From: Fimbriimonadales bacterium
GTDB lineage: Bacteria > Armatimonadota > Fimbriimonadia > Fimbriimonadales > JABRVX01
NCBI GenBank assembly: GCA_045862955.1
Contig: BTVI01000004.1
Location: 32,001-96,000, forward strand
Direction: 5' to 3'
Length of the DNA: 64,000 bases
Shown: positions 37,517 through 47,970 of the stretch, piece after piece
Position numbering within the stretch: the stretch's first letter is position 1
How the letters are laid out: every line of letters begins with the position of its first letter
Translations under genes and position numbers: made by a program
Notes under the pieces: generated by a model
Databases searched by the model: none
Seen by the model: only the letters and a program-made list of their open reading frames with translations
Told to the model about the DNA's origin: nothing

Positions 37517-40312
37517 ATGCCAAGCTCACTTATCCGATCCGCTTTGTGTAAGAGGGCCACGCGCAGTGTGCGCCCTCTCTTTCTGTTCCTAGCCACGATC
37601 TGCCCGCTCGGGGCATTCGCCTCCACCGAGGCCAGCATCCGGCTGCAATTCTCACAGAACGACCTCACCTTCCTGTACGTCTCTCTCGGGTTTGCCATCT
37701 TATCGATCGCTTTCGGGGCGTTTCTCCGTTTCTCCGTACTCAAGCAAAGCCCCGGCAACGAGAAGATGCAAGAGGTGTCCCGTGCGATTCGGGAGGGCGC
37801 TTTGGCCTATCTGCGCAAGCAGGTCGCGACCATGTCCATCATGGTCATTCTGCTGGCGGTGGGGCTTTACTTCCTCTATGTCGGCAATCCCTTGTACGGT
37901 CCTGTGATGGCCTTGTGGCTAGCTGTGTGCTTCGTGGCCGGTGTCGCCGCGTCTTACATCGCGGGATACGTGGGCATGGGCATGGCGGTCATGGCAAACA
38001 CTCGGACCGCGAACGCGGCCCTGACCACCAGCAAGGGGTCCATAGAGACGGCATTCCGGGCGGGTGGTGTCTCCGGAATGTTCACGGTCGGTATGGGTCT
38101 GCTCGGGGCCACGCTCATCTTCTTGTTCGCCCGTGAGCAGGCGATGCGGCTGCTGATCGGCTTCGGCTTCGGCGGCTCGCTGGCGGCGCTCTTCATGCGT
38201 GTCGGCGGCGGTATCTACACCAAGGCAGCCGACGTCGGGGCGGACTTGGTGGGCAAAGTGGAAGCGGGCATTCCGGAAGACGATCCGCGCAACCCCGCCA
38301 CGATCGCGGACAACGTCGGTGACAACGTCGGCGATTGTGCAGGTATGGCAGCCGACGTCTTCGAGAGCTACGAGGTCACGCTGGTAGCAGCGATCATTCT
38401 GGGAGCAGCTACGGCAGCCATCTTCCCCGCTGGTTCCACCGCGTGGATGAAGCTGATCATCTTCGCTCTCATCGCCCGTGGCCTAGGGGTACTGGCGTCC
38501 GGGATCGGCATACTCGGAATGCGAGGGTCGGAGAACGTCGATTCGAATCCTCTGACGTTCATCTCGAGAGGCTTCTGGATCTCGGCAGTAGTTGCAGCGG
38601 GCCTCACCTGGGCCTTTGCCTACTACTACATGCAGGACATAAAGATCATCGGCGACGTTACTGTCGAGTGGTGGCGGTTCGCGCTTGCACTCACGTTCGG
38701 CATCGTGATGGCCTACGCTATCGAGCGCCTGACCGACTACTACGTGTCTACGCACAAAAGGCCGGTCACGGAAGTGGCTATGATCTCTCGTACCGGCCCG
38801 GCGCCGATGGTAATCCAGGGTTTCTCCTACGGGATGGAATCCAGCGTCTGGTCTCTGTTCGCGATCGTGGTCGCCCTGCTGACGCCGCTGTTCATCTTCC
38901 CGCCCAGCACGTTCGCCGGCACCCTGCTCAGCTTCTACGGCATCGCCTTGACAGGTCTGGGCCTCTTGACTACTACCGGCTACATCCTGGCGATGGACAC
39001 CTTCGGCCCCATCTCGGACAACGCTCAGGGTGTGTTCGAGATGTCCGGCGCAATGAAGGAACTGGACGAAGCGGACGCCGGGGGAGAGCGGTCGGTGCGT
39101 GCGCACAAAATCGTCCAGCGGCTGGACGCCGCCGGCAACACCACCAAGGCTCTGACGAAGGGCTTCGCGATCGCGACCGCCGTAGTTGCGGCGACCGCAT
39201 TGTTCCACTCGTTCGTGGAAGACGCAAACCTCGCTGGCCACGTCTCGAAGGAGGTTCCGCAGGCGGTAAAGGATCGGCAACTCTCGCCCGGCGAAGCGGA
39301 TATGGCTCAGGCGATCACGCAGCTGTCTCCGGGCGCCGATGGCAAGGAGGTCATCGATCGGGCTCGGACGGCACTGATGGGCACGGGTAAGTCGGACCCG
39401 ACGGACGCCGAGGTGGGTCGCGTCCTACAGCTTGCCATCGTCCCGCTGATCCCGGCGGACATGGTGATGGGTACCAGGCCGTCTGTCTCCCCGGAAGACA
39501 TCTACAAGAACCTGCCGGATGCGGCGCTTTTGGCGACTGGCACCAAGCGCCCGCCCACGGGCTTGCCGGTGGACATACCGCAGATCTTCCTCGGCCTGCT
39601 GATTGGCGGCGCCGCCCCGTTCCTGTTCGGCGCGTACTCCATCAACGCCGTCGGCCGCGCAGCGTTCAAGCTGATCGAAGAGGTTCGGAGACAGTTCCGA
39701 GCCGATCCGGGCATCATGGAGGGCACCAGCAAGCCGGACTACGGACGCTGCGTGTCCATCGTGACCGCGGCCGCGCAGCAGGAGCTGTTGAGCCCCGGCA
39801 TCATCGCCATCGCACTTCCCTGCCTGGTCGGCTTCGGCATGGGATTCGGCGCGCAAGAGGTGACCATCGGCGGCAAGCAGTTCGTGTTGACGGGCGCGCA
39901 GGCACTCGGCGGCTATCTCGCAGGCGCGATCCTCTCCGGCCAGCTACTCGCGGTGCTGCTCGCGAATAGTGGCGGCATTTGGGACAACGCCAAGAAGAAG
40001 ATCGAGGACGGCATGTACGGCGGGAAGGGTACTGACGAGCACAAAGCAGGCGTCGTCGTGGACACGGTCGGCGATCCGTTCAAGGATACGGCCGGCCCTG
40101 CCATGAACCCGTTGATCAAGGTCATGAACCTCGTCAGCCTGCTGCTCGCGCCCGTGATGATCCAGCCGATGTCCAACACGGTGCGAGCAATCGTAGTGGT
40201 GGCTTGCATCGCAGCACTCGGCGTGGCGGTGTTCCTGAGCAAGCGGGGTTCACTCGCCAGCGAGTTGGCTCAGGTCGGCCCGGGTGAGGAGCGACCTGCT
40301 CTGGAGGCCTAG
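37517..40312 (+). CDS. hppA: Membrane-integral pyrophosphatase, K+-independent type (GNTTKA)
   Basis: DVGADLVGKVE, DNVGDNVGD, GNTTKA, WDNAKK, DTVGDPFKDT. Confidence 0.95.
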   Translation: MPSSLIRSALCKRATRSVRPLFLFLATICPLGAFASTEASIRLQFSQNDLTFLYVSLGFAILSIAFGAFLRFSVLKQSPGNEKMQEVSRAIREGALAYLRKQVATMSIMVILLAVGLYFLYVGNPLYGPVMALWLAVCFVAGVAASYIAGYVGMGMAVMANTRTANAALTTSKGSIETAFRAGGVSGMFTVGMGLLGATLIFLFAREQAMRLLIGFGFGGSLAALFMRVGGGIYTKAADVGADLVGKVEAGIPEDDPRNPATIADNVGDNVGDCAGMAADVFESYEVTLVAAIILGAATAAIFPAGSTAWMKLIIFALIARGLGVLASGIGILGMRGSENVDSNPLTFISRGFWISAVVAAGLTWAFAYYYMQDIKIIGDVTVEWWRFALALTFGIVMAYAIERLTDYYVSTHKRPVTEVAMISRTGPAPMVIQGFSYGMESSVWSLFAIVVALLTPLFIFPPSTFAGTLLSFYGIALTGLGLLTTTGYILAMDTFGPISDNAQGVFEMSGAMKELDEADAGGERSVRAHKIVQRLDAAGNTTKALTKGFAIATAVVAATALFHSFVEDANLAGHVSKEVPQAVKDRQLSPGEADMAQAITQLSPGADGKEVIDRARTALMGTGKSDPTDAEVGRVLQLAIVPLIPADMVMGTRPSVSPEDIYKNLPDAALLATGTKRPPTGLPVDIPQIFLGLLIGGAAPFLFGAYSINAVGRAAFKLIEEVRRQFRADPGIMEGTSKPDYGRCVSIVTAAAQQELLSPGIIAIALPCLVGFGMGFGAQEVTIGGKQFVLTGAQALGGYLAGAILSGQLLAVLLANSGGIWDNAKKKIEDGMYGGKGTDEHKAGVVVDTVGDPFKDTAGPAMNPLIKVMNLVSLLLAPVMIQPMSNTVRAIVVVACIAALGVAVFLSKRGSLASELAQVGPGEERPALEA

Positions 40313-40375
40313 CGACGTTGGCCGGAGCCGCCTGGTGGCGGCTCCGGCTCCCAGATCTCAATCCCCGGGGGACCC

Positions 40376-41245
40376 ATGTCAATTCTAGTCAACTCGGACA
40401 CCAAAGTTCTCGTTCAGGGCATCACAGGGCGCGAAGGCGAGTTCCACACGCGTCAGATGCTCGCTTATGGGACCAAGGTGGTCGGGGGGGTCACTCCCGG
40501 GAAGGGCGGGCAGACGTTCCTGGATCTGCCGGTGTTCGACAGCGTGGCCGAGGCAGTGCGCGAGACCGGAGCCAACGCGACTGCCATCTTCGTGCCCGCA
40601 CCGTTCGCCCCGGATGCGGTTCTCGAGGCCGCGGACGCAGGCATCGAGGTGATCGTGTGTATCACCGAGGGCATCCCTACCCACGACATGGTGCGCGTGT
40701 GCAGCAAGCTGCGGGAGCGCAGTCGAGCGCGCCTCATTGGGCCGAATTGCCCAGGCGTAATCACGCCAGCTCAGTGCAAGATCGGAATCATGCCCGGGCA
40801 CATTTTTGCTCCTGGCCCGGTCGGGCTGGTCTCGCGAAGCGGGACCCTGACCTACGAGATCGTGTGGGAGCTGACGCGAGCCGGGTTCGGGCAGACAACC
40901 GCGATCGGGATAGGGGGCGACCCCGTGCTCGGCACCCGCTTTATTGACGTGTTGCCCCTCTTCGAGCAGGACCCTGAGACCCGGATCGTAGTTCTCGTGG
41001 GCGAGATCGGCGGTACGGACGAAGAGGTTGCGGCGGAGTACATAAAGACGATGTCGAAGCCTGTCGTCGGCTTCGTGTCCGGTCGGACGGCGCCGCCAGG
41101 AAAGCGGATGGGCCATGCCGGGGCGATTATCAGCGGCGGGCAGGGCGGAGCCGATTCGAAGCTCGCGGCGTTGGCTGCGGCAGGCGTCGCGATCGCCGAC
41201 ACGACCTCGGAAATCGCAAATCTTGTGAAAACCCTCGCAAGGTAA
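40376..41245 (+). CDS. sucD: Succinyl-CoA ligase alpha subunit
   Basis: [28 protein letters not shown]. Confidence 0.96.
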   Translation: MSILVNSDTKVLVQGITGREGEFHTRQMLAYGTKVVGGVTPGKGGQTFLDLPVFDSVAEAVRETGANATAIFVPAPFAPDAVLEAADAGIEVIVCITEGIPTHDMVRVCSKLRERSRARLIGPNCPGVITPAQCKIGIMPGHIFAPGPVGLVSRSGTLTYEIVWELTRAGFGQTTAIGIGGDPVLGTRFIDVLPLFEQDPETRIVVLVGEIGGTDEEVAAEYIKTMSKPVVGFVSGRTAPPGKRMGHAGAIISGGQGGADSKLAALAAAGVAIADTTSEIANLVKTLAR

Positions 41246-41248
41246 CCG

Positions 41249-41288
41249 ATTGCTAGCAATGGATAGCCTCACGAAATTCTGGTAGAAT
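41249..41288 (+). promoter_or_regulatory. 12-bp palindrome plus extended -10 upstream of the MarR gene
   Basis: ATTGCTAGCAAT (41249-41260); TGnTAGAAT (41280-41288). Confidence 0.5.
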
Positions 41289-41317
41289 AGAGGCACCACC
41301 GGCGAACTGAGGTCGCA

Positions 41318-41863
41318 ATGGCAATCTCCGATGACACCATAGTTCTTGCGGAACGCCTCTCGGACCAGTTCGCTCGCATAATGTTCCGCAGCATGAGTGA
41401 GCGGCTGGTAGAGGAGTTGACTGCCGCTGAGGTGACCTATCCCCAGTTAGAAGTTCTCCATTACGTCTCGCGCCACTCGCACGTGAGCGTTGGAGACGTG
41501 GCTGCCGGGCTGGAAATCAGTTATCCGAGCGCCACGAACATGATTCAGCGGCTGAACAAGAAGGGCTTGATTTCCAAGACCGAGGACCCCCGTGACCGCA
41601 GGGCCGTCAACATCACTCTCTCCGAAAAGGGTGCCCGGGTCGTGAACTGGCTAGACCGTGAGCGGAGCACCCGCTTTGCCCTAATCCTCGACAAGATGGA
41701 CCCAGCCGACCGGCAGGCCTTTTTCTGCGCACTCGGACGGTTCGTGTGCTCCGCCATCGAGGCCGACGTCGCCAGTCCCGACGAGCTGTGCCTCCGATGC
41801 GGGCGCGACCAAGTGGATGGGTGCGTGGTGAGGCAGCATGAAGGCAGCGACTTCTGCAAATAG
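41318..41863 (+). CDS. MarR family regulator with Cys-rich C-terminal tail
   Basis: wHTH with DPRDRR; tail CLRC-x7-C-x10-C. Confidence 0.88.
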   Translation: MAISDDTIVLAERLSDQFARIMFRSMSERLVEELTAAEVTYPQLEVLHYVSRHSHVSVGDVAAGLEISYPSATNMIQRLNKKGLISKTEDPRDRRAVNITLSEKGARVVNWLDRERSTRFALILDKMDPADRQAFFCALGRFVCSAIEADVASPDELCLRCGRDQVDGCVVRQHEGSDFCK

Positions 41864-43031
41864 CCCCATCCCGCCAGGCATTCTGTACCTAGACTATGCG
41901 GCCACCACGCCGCTAGCTCCCGAGGTGCTAGAAGCGATGATGCCATTCTTGACATCGTCGTTCGGGAACGCCAACACCCTCTACTCCCTCGGGGCGGAGT
42001 GCAGGGAGGCCATCCATGCGGCCCGTGAGACGATGGCACGGTTCATCGGCGCGGAGGATCCAAGCGAAGTCGTGTTCACTTCCGGGGGCACTGAGTCGGA
42101 TAACGCCGCCATTCGGGGAGTGTGGGAGGCCAACCCGGGGAAGTATGTCGTTTGCTCCTCGATCGAACATCACGCTGTACTGGATACGTGCATGGCAGTG
42201 GCGGGAGACCGCTGCGTTGTCGTGGATGTCGGGCCGGACGGCATTCTGAGCCCAGACGCGCTGCGGGCCGCCATGCCGCCTGATCCCTGCTTGGTCAGCG
42301 TGATGCACGCAAACAACGAGATCGGCGTCATCCAGCCGATTCGCGAGCTCGCCGCCGTGGCGCACGCGGCGGGTGCCGTCTTCCACACCGACGCGGTCCA
42401 GTCGGCAGGCAAGATCCCGATTGACGTCGTAGAGATGGGGATTGACCTTCTCTCCATCTCTGCGCACAAGCTCTACGGACCTAAGGGCGTCGGCGTCCTG
42501 TACGTGAAAAAGGGTACCAAGCTGAGGACGCAGCAGACGGGCGGAGAGCAAGAACATGGCAAGCGGGGCGGGACGAGCAACACCCCGGGCATCGTCGGCC
42601 TGGCGAAAGCTGCCGAACTCGCGATGGGCGAGATGGCAGATGAGACCGTGCGGCTTCGTGCATTGCGCGACCGCCTGATAGACGGCGTGCTGTCGGCGGT
42701 TCCCGATTGCAGGCTGACCGGCGCACGCGAGCCGAGGCTACCGCACAACGCACACTTTCTGTTCCGAGGCTGCGAGGGCGAGTCCATTCTGCTGAACCTC
42801 GACCACGTCGGGATCTGCTGCAGCGCAGGTGCGGCGTGCGCGAGTGGTTCCGTAGAGATGTCGCACGTGCTCCGCGCCCTGCGGATCGAGCCGGAGTGGG
42901 GTCAGGGGGCGGTCCGCGTCTCGCTGGGTCGGTACACGACCGAGTCAGACATCGAGCGGGCAATCTCTGCCCTGGCATCAGCCGTGGAGCAGGTGCGCCG
43001 GCTGACCACCGCGCCGCCTCTCATTTCCTGA
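41838..43031 (+). CDS. iscS: Cysteine desulfurase (IscS/NifS class)
   Basis: YLDYAATTP, FTSGGTESDN, HTDAVQ, SAHKLYGPKGVG, AGAACASG. Confidence 0.93.
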   Translation: MKAATSANSPIPPGILYLDYAATTPLAPEVLEAMMPFLTSSFGNANTLYSLGAECREAIHAARETMARFIGAEDPSEVVFTSGGTESDNAAIRGVWEANPGKYVVCSSIEHHAVLDTCMAVAGDRCVVVDVGPDGILSPDALRAAMPPDPCLVSVMHANNEIGVIQPIRELAAVAHAAGAVFHTDAVQSAGKIPIDVVEMGIDLLSISAHKLYGPKGVGVLYVKKGTKLRTQQTGGEQEHGKRGGTSNTPGIVGLAKAAELAMGEMADETVRLRALRDRLIDGVLSAVPDCRLTGAREPRLPHNAHFLFRGCEGESILLNLDHVGICCSAGAACASGSVEMSHVLRALRIEPEWGQGAVRVSLGRYTTESDIERAISALASAVEQVRRLTTAPPLIS

Positions 43032-43280
43032 CCCCGTCCGCCGTACCCGCCGGCCGGATAGCAGCGAGGGGACGGCTAGACTGTGGCCCCGAAGGCGGGC
43101 CATGGGCCTGGCAAGATTACCTGGCCTGAAGTCCCCCGCGAACGGACGGGGCTTTGGATACGTAATCTATGTTGCGCGCGATCGCAGGAACCCGCGCGAA
43201 GAGGGTGGAGTGCGCGACACGTTTGAACCCATCTCGTGAAATCATCTTCAGATTCGTGAACATTGCGTGGGCCAGTAGGG

Positions 43281-43309
43281 TTGACAGGAGCGGCTCGCTG
43301 TGTTATCTT
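43281..43309 (+). promoter_or_regulatory. sigma70-type promoter for the sigma factor gene
   Basis: TTGACA-N17-TATCTT with extended TG. Confidence 0.7.
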
Positions 43310-43524
43310 GTTGTGTGAAGTGTAGATTCGCTAGGGAACGAAAGTCCCGACAACGGGCCGAAAAGCTCAGCGGGGCGAGTGCCGTTCGTCCTACGAATTA
43401 GAAGAATTGCTGCCTTCACCGAATGCCGGCGCTCCCGATGGCAGGGATTGCGTAGTCGGGTGCGAGCCGTAGCAGGGTTCCTTTTTGCGAGCGTGCATCG
43501 GTTGCGCGTGAGGAGGTTAGGAAA

Positions 43525-44607
43525 GTGCCAATAGACGACACGCTGGACCAAGTGCGGGAGGCACTTCGGTCGCAGCTACCCCAAGACTTCGGTCGTCGGG
43601 ATGCAGTCGTCGAGTTCCTTGTTGTGGATCCCGACGACGACAGCCCCGAGGACGCGACGGACGACGAGCTTGCGCTGATCGAGGAGGCTGAAGAGGAGCC
43701 GGACCCGATCACCCAAGGCAAGCTCGATGCCCGCGCTGCCGCCAAGCTGAAGCTGCAAGGCGGCTCCGACGACACCGAAGAGCTCGAGATGTGGATGCGG
43801 CAGACCCGCCGCGCACAGTTGCTTACGCCGGAACAGGAGGTGGACCTGGCGCGGCGCGTCCAGCAGAACGAGCAATGGGCTAAGAACATGCTGATCGAGT
43901 CCAACCTGAGGCTCGTGGTCAGCATCGCGAAGAAGTACAACGCCAGGGGCATCCCGCTGGCGGACCTGATCCAGGAGGGCAACCTGGGCCTGATCCGTGC
44001 GGTGGAAAAGTTCGACTGGCGGAAGGGCTTCCGCTTCAGTACGTACGCGACCTGGTGGATCCGACGCGCGATCGCTCGCGCGATCATCAACCAAGGGCGG
44101 ACCATTCGCATCCCGGTATACGTAGCGGAGCTCATCAACAAGGTGGTGAAGACTGCCAATCGGCTGCAGCAGGAGCTACACCGCGAGCCGACGGAGGAGG
44201 AGATCTCTCGTGAAGTGGGGCTCTCGACCGAGCGTGTACGTGAGATGCTGCGCGTGGCCATCGAGCCCTTGAGCCTCGAGACGCCCGTGGGTGAGAAGGA
44301 CAACTCCTCGCTGGGAGACTTCATCCAATCGACGAACATGCCCACACCGACGGACGTGACGCAGAAGCTGATTCGGCGCGAAGAGATTGACGCCGTGCTG
44401 AAGCGACTTACGCCGCGGGAGCGCGACGTCGTTCGGCTGCGATTCGGGCTCGACGACGGCCGATCGCGGACGCTGGAGGAGGTCGGGGTGGCGCTCAAGG
44501 TCACTCGCGAACGCGTGCGGCAGATCGAGCTTCGGGCGATGAAGAAGCTGCGGAGCCTGGGTCAGGAGTACGCCCACATCGCGGCCCTTCTGGTGAGCAA
44601 CAACTAA
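43525..44607 (+). CDS. RpoD/SigA-family sigma factor (divergent, group 2-like)
   Basis: [47 protein letters not shown]. Confidence 0.93.
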   Translation: MPIDDTLDQVREALRSQLPQDFGRRDAVVEFLVVDPDDDSPEDATDDELALIEEAEEEPDPITQGKLDARAAAKLKLQGGSDDTEELEMWMRQTRRAQLLTPEQEVDLARRVQQNEQWAKNMLIESNLRLVVSIAKKYNARGIPLADLIQEGNLGLIRAVEKFDWRKGFRFSTYATWWIRRAIARAIINQGRTIRIPVYVAELINKVVKTANRLQQELHREPTEEEISREVGLSTERVREMLRVAIEPLSLETPVGEKDNSSLGDFIQSTNMPTPTDVTQKLIRREEIDAVLKRLTPRERDVVRLRFGLDDGRSRTLEEVGVALKVTRERVRQIELRAMKKLRSLGQEYAHIAALLVSNN

Positions 44608-44668
44608 CGGGCCGGAGGACGTCTGTTCTCAGGGCCGGTGGCTTTCCAGCCACCGGCCCATATCTTTG

Positions 44669-46537
44669 CTAAGGCCCGCCGCTGGCTCTCAACACGATCA
44701 GCAGGGCGGCGATGTCGGTGGGGCGGACACCGGGCACGCGGGATGCTTGGCCGATGCTGCGGGGACGGATGCGGCTCAGTTTGTCTCGGCATTCCAGAGA
44801 GAGTGCCGGGTGTCCGTGATAGTCGAAGTCCTCTGGGATCGGCAGCGCTTCGAGCTCTCGCTGGCGCGCAGCCTGCCTATCCTGAATCTCTAGATACCCT
44901 TCGTACTTGGCCTGCAGCTGCACCTGTTCGGCAACCGCTGGCGACACACCGTTCGTCCTCTTTGCGAGTGCCGCCGCCTTGTGGAAGTCCATCTCCGGGC
45001 GCTTCAGTAGTTCATATACGCTGGTCCGGTCGGACACGGGGGTCGTTCCGAGCATCAGCAGCCTGTCGGAGTCCTTGCTCGTCACATAGGTTTCGCGCAA
45101 AGCGCTGGCCTCGCGCTCAATCGCTTCCCTCTTCTCGCAGAAGATCCGCCATCTGCTGTCATCTACCAGCCCGATCTCTCGGCCGAGGGGTGTTAGCCGC
45201 ATGTCCGCATTGTCATGGCGTAGGCGCAATCGGTACTCGGAGCGCACTGTTAGCATCCGGTACGGGTCCTCCACTCCCTTCGTCACCAGATCATCCACTA
45301 ACGCGCCGATGAAGCTGTCGGTTCGGGAGAATACCACGGCAGGCTCGCCGCGCGAGTACCTTGCTGCGTTGATGCCCGCCACGATTCCCTGTGCCGCCGC
45401 CTCCTCATACCCCGAGGTGCCGTTCACCTGACCGGCGAGGAACAACCCCTCACACAGCTTGCTCATCAGCGTGGGATGGAGCTGCGTGGGATCCGCCATG
45501 TCGTACTCCACTGCGTACCCCGGGCGTAACATGTCGACCTGCTCCAAGCCGGGCAGCGTGCGCAGAAACGCTAACTGTACGTCGGCTGGCAGGCTGGTGG
45601 ACATACCTTGCACGTAGAGCGAGGGCGAGTCCCACTCTTCTTGCTCCAGGAAAACGGGGTGCGATGACTTGTTAGGAAAGCGAACCAGCTTGTCCTCGAT
45701 GCTGGGGCAGTAGCGGGGTCCCACCCCCTCGATCCTACCACCGTACATCGCACTGCGCTCTAGGTTCTGCAGTATCACCTCGTGTGTCGCGGCGTTCGTT
45801 TGCAACGTCCAGCAGGGGAGCATGGAGCGGGCGGGCCGAGGCCGTTCGTGGAGGAAGCTGAATGCCGGACACGAGTCGTCCGCGGGCAGCACGCCCAGGC
45901 GCGAGAAGTCCACGGTACGTGCGTCCACCCGAGGCGTGGTACCTGTTTTGAACCGCCGCATCCGGACGCCCAGTTCGAGTAGAGATTGCGAGACACTCGT
46001 CGAGGGTGGGTCACCGAATCTGGCAGCAGGTCGTGCCTCCTCGCCTATGTGGCACAATCCGTTGAGGAACGTGCCAGTTGTTAGTACGACGGCCCGTGCG
46101 CGGATTTCGAGGTCAGCATCGAACCGCACTCCTACTATCTTGCTATGATGAGTGATTAGGGACGAGACGGTGCCACGTATCAGGTGCAGGTTCGGCTCGC
46201 TCCGCAGAGCCTCGAGCATCTTCAGCGGGTAGAGCCGCTTGCAGGCGTGGGCGCGGAGGGTTCGGACGGAGGGCCCCTTCCCTTCTCCGCAGAATCGAAT
46301 GTGCGTAAGCGCATGGTCCGTCGTGATGCCCATCTGGCCGCCCAGGGCGTCCACCTCGCGCACCAAGTGCCCTTTTGCCGGTCCGCCGATGCTGCAGTTG
46401 CAGGGCATGTGTGCAGTGCGCTCGGGAGAGATGGTCACGCACGCGGTCCGGCAGCCGAGGCGCGCAGACGCCAACGCGGCCTCGCACCCCGCGTGACCAC
46501 TCCCAACGACGATGACATCGAACTCCCCGCTCGGCAT
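44669..46537 (-). CDS. mnmG: tRNA uridine-5-carboxymethylaminomethyl modification enzyme
   Basis: [57 protein letters not shown]. Confidence 0.96.
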   Translation of the reverse strand: MPSGEFDVIVVGSGHAGCEAALASARLGCRTACVTISPERTAHMPCNCSIGGPAKGHLVREVDALGGQMGITTDHALTHIRFCGEGKGPSVRTLRAHACKRLYPLKMLEALRSEPNLHLIRGTVSSLITHHSKIVGVRFDADLEIRARAVVLTTGTFLNGLCHIGEEARPAARFGDPPSTSVSQSLLELGVRMRRFKTGTTPRVDARTVDFSRLGVLPADDSCPAFSFLHERPRPARSMLPCWTLQTNAATHEVILQNLERSAMYGGRIEGVGPRYCPSIEDKLVRFPNKSSHPVFLEQEEWDSPSLYVQGMSTSLPADVQLAFLRTLPGLEQVDMLRPGYAVEYDMADPTQLHPTLMSKLCEGLFLAGQVNGTSGYEEAAAQGIVAGINAARYSRGEPAVVFSRTDSFIGALVDDLVTKGVEDPYRMLTVRSEYRLRLRHDNADMRLTPLGREIGLVDDSRWRIFCEKREAIEREASALRETYVTSKDSDRLLMLGTTPVSDRTSVYELLKRPEMDFHKAAALAKRTNGVSPAVAEQVQLQAKYEGYLEIQDRQAARQRELEALPIPEDFDYHGHPALSLECRDKLSRIRPRSIGQASRVPGVRPTDIAALLIVLRASGGP

Positions 46538-46753
46538 GCGTCGGATTCTACCGCCGGCCCCCCGAGTCAATGGAGCATCCATAAGGCGATCCGTCTGGTG
46601 TGGAGGTGTCAGCCAGACCCTGAGATTGGCGTGAGGCCGACGGATGCGACGCCGGCGGCCCCATCACACGCCTCGCACGCGGTGTTGCTCGACGAGGTAG
46701 CAGAGCCGTGATAGAACACTCGGGAGAGCCGCACCTCCCTACCCGGTGCGGAT

Positions 46754-47062
46754 GTGTGCGGTCTCTCAGGAAGGAGCGAATGCCATGTTTGGTTGCCCGG
46801 ATGTTCGCAGCTATTCGAGCTGTCGGCTAGCGGCCAGCCTCGATGGATACCGCCCAACTATTCCAGGAATACGGACATTGAGGCTTACTATCACTGGCCC
46901 ATCTGGTGTGAGCCGGTAGTGGCCGATAGCAGCACGGTCTTCCTGAGCACGTTTCGCATTAGCACCGGCGGCAACCAACTGCACGCGGTGACAGAAGAGG
47001 AGATTCCGCCGCAATCAGGCAACCGGTACCCCGTATCCAGGTGGTATCACCCCGATCATCTC
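46754..47062 (+). pseudogene. Possible Rhs-family fragment
   Basis: Ends in RWYHPDHL, resembling the Rhs YHxDHLG motif, then runs into the repeat array. Confidence 0.4.
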
Positions 47063-47115
47063 GTGCAGCGGTGCGTAAGAAGCGTGCATACGGCTCTGAG
47101 TGAAGCTCCGCAGGC

Positions 47116-47447
47116 CCGTCATGCTGAGCTCGTCGAAGCATGACACCCCAGAACCGTCATGCTGAGCCTGTCGAAGCATGACACCCCAGAACCGTCATGC
47201 TGAGCCTGTCGAAGCATGACACCCCGAACCGTCATGCTGAGCTCGTCGAAGCATGACACCCCAGAACCGTCATGCTGAGCCTGTCGAAGCATGACACCCC
47301 AGACCCGTCATGCTGAGCCTGTCGAAGCATGACACCCCAGAACCGTCATGCTGAGCCTGTCGAAGCATGACGCCCCAGACCCGTCATGCTGAGCCTGTCG
47401 AACCATGACACCCCAGACCCGTCATGCTGAGCTCGTCGAAGCATGAC
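47116..47447 (+). repeat. Tandem array of 9 x 38-bp REP units
   Basis: CCGTCATGCTGAGC(CT/TC)GTCGAAGCATGACACCCCAGA(A/C) at 47116, 47154, 47192, 47229, 47267, 47305, 47343, 47381, 47419. Confidence 0.95.
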
Positions 47448-47498
47448 GTCGCACATCGGACGCCAACGGCTTCCGAGGCCACGCTTGCGGCTCCCGTT

Positions 47499-47887
47499 GT
47501 CATGCTTCGACAAGCTCAGCATGACGGGCTTCGCGAAGCCCCGATGGCGCGGGTAGTCACAGCGTCGCTGGATACATCGGCAGGGTCTGACCTCTCACCT
47601 CCGCTGCCGCACCCGCATGCTTCGACAGGCTCAGCATGACGGGTCAAGAAACCTTCTCAGTCCATGACATGACCCTGCCAGCAGGCCACCGCATGCTTCG
47701 ACAGGCTCAGCATGACGGTGGCGCTGGTTGTCGAGGTATGAAGTACATGCTTCGACGGCCTCAACACCACGGGTTTCGCGCACCTCTGATGGCGCGGGTA
47801 GTCACGGCGTCGTTGGATACATCGGCAGGGTCTGACCTCTCACCTCCGCTGCCGCACCCGCATGCTTCGACAGGCTCAGCATGCCGG
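47499..47887 (-). repeat. Five inverted REP copies within a duplicated ~142-bp block
   Basis: Copies near 47499, 47615, 47691, 47746 (degenerate) and 47860; 47501-47642 is repeated at 47746-47887. Confidence 0.9.
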
Positions 47888-47970
47888 GTCTTCGTACTCG
47901 TGCTACTCCTTCGTGCTCCCGTTGTTCGTACTCCGGTTCTTGGTACCCCCTGTTACTCTCGTTTGTCAGT

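Noticed and set aside
41223..41240. Rex-like box TTGTGAA-N4-CTCGCAA
   Set aside because: Two mismatches and inside the sucD coding end; chance is plausible.
40376..41245. sucD without sucC (and fadN without a thiolase) as a novel pathway
   Set aside because: Split operons are common and the partners are probably elsewhere in the genome.
43032..43151. 6S RNA
   Set aside because: About 120 nt and branched, lacking the long rod with a central bubble.
43330..43400. c-di-GMP-I riboswitch or RNase P call
   Set aside because: The conserved GGCAAA/GACGCAAAG and RNase P blocks are not matched; kept only as an unassigned structured leader.
43416..44504. 362-aa antisense ORF over the sigma gene and similar long antisense ORFs
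   Set aside because: Typical high-GC shadow ORFs with no protein motifs.
47116..47447. CRISPR array
   Set aside because: The inter-repeat segments are ~9 bp and nearly identical, inverted copies follow, and no cas genes are in the window.
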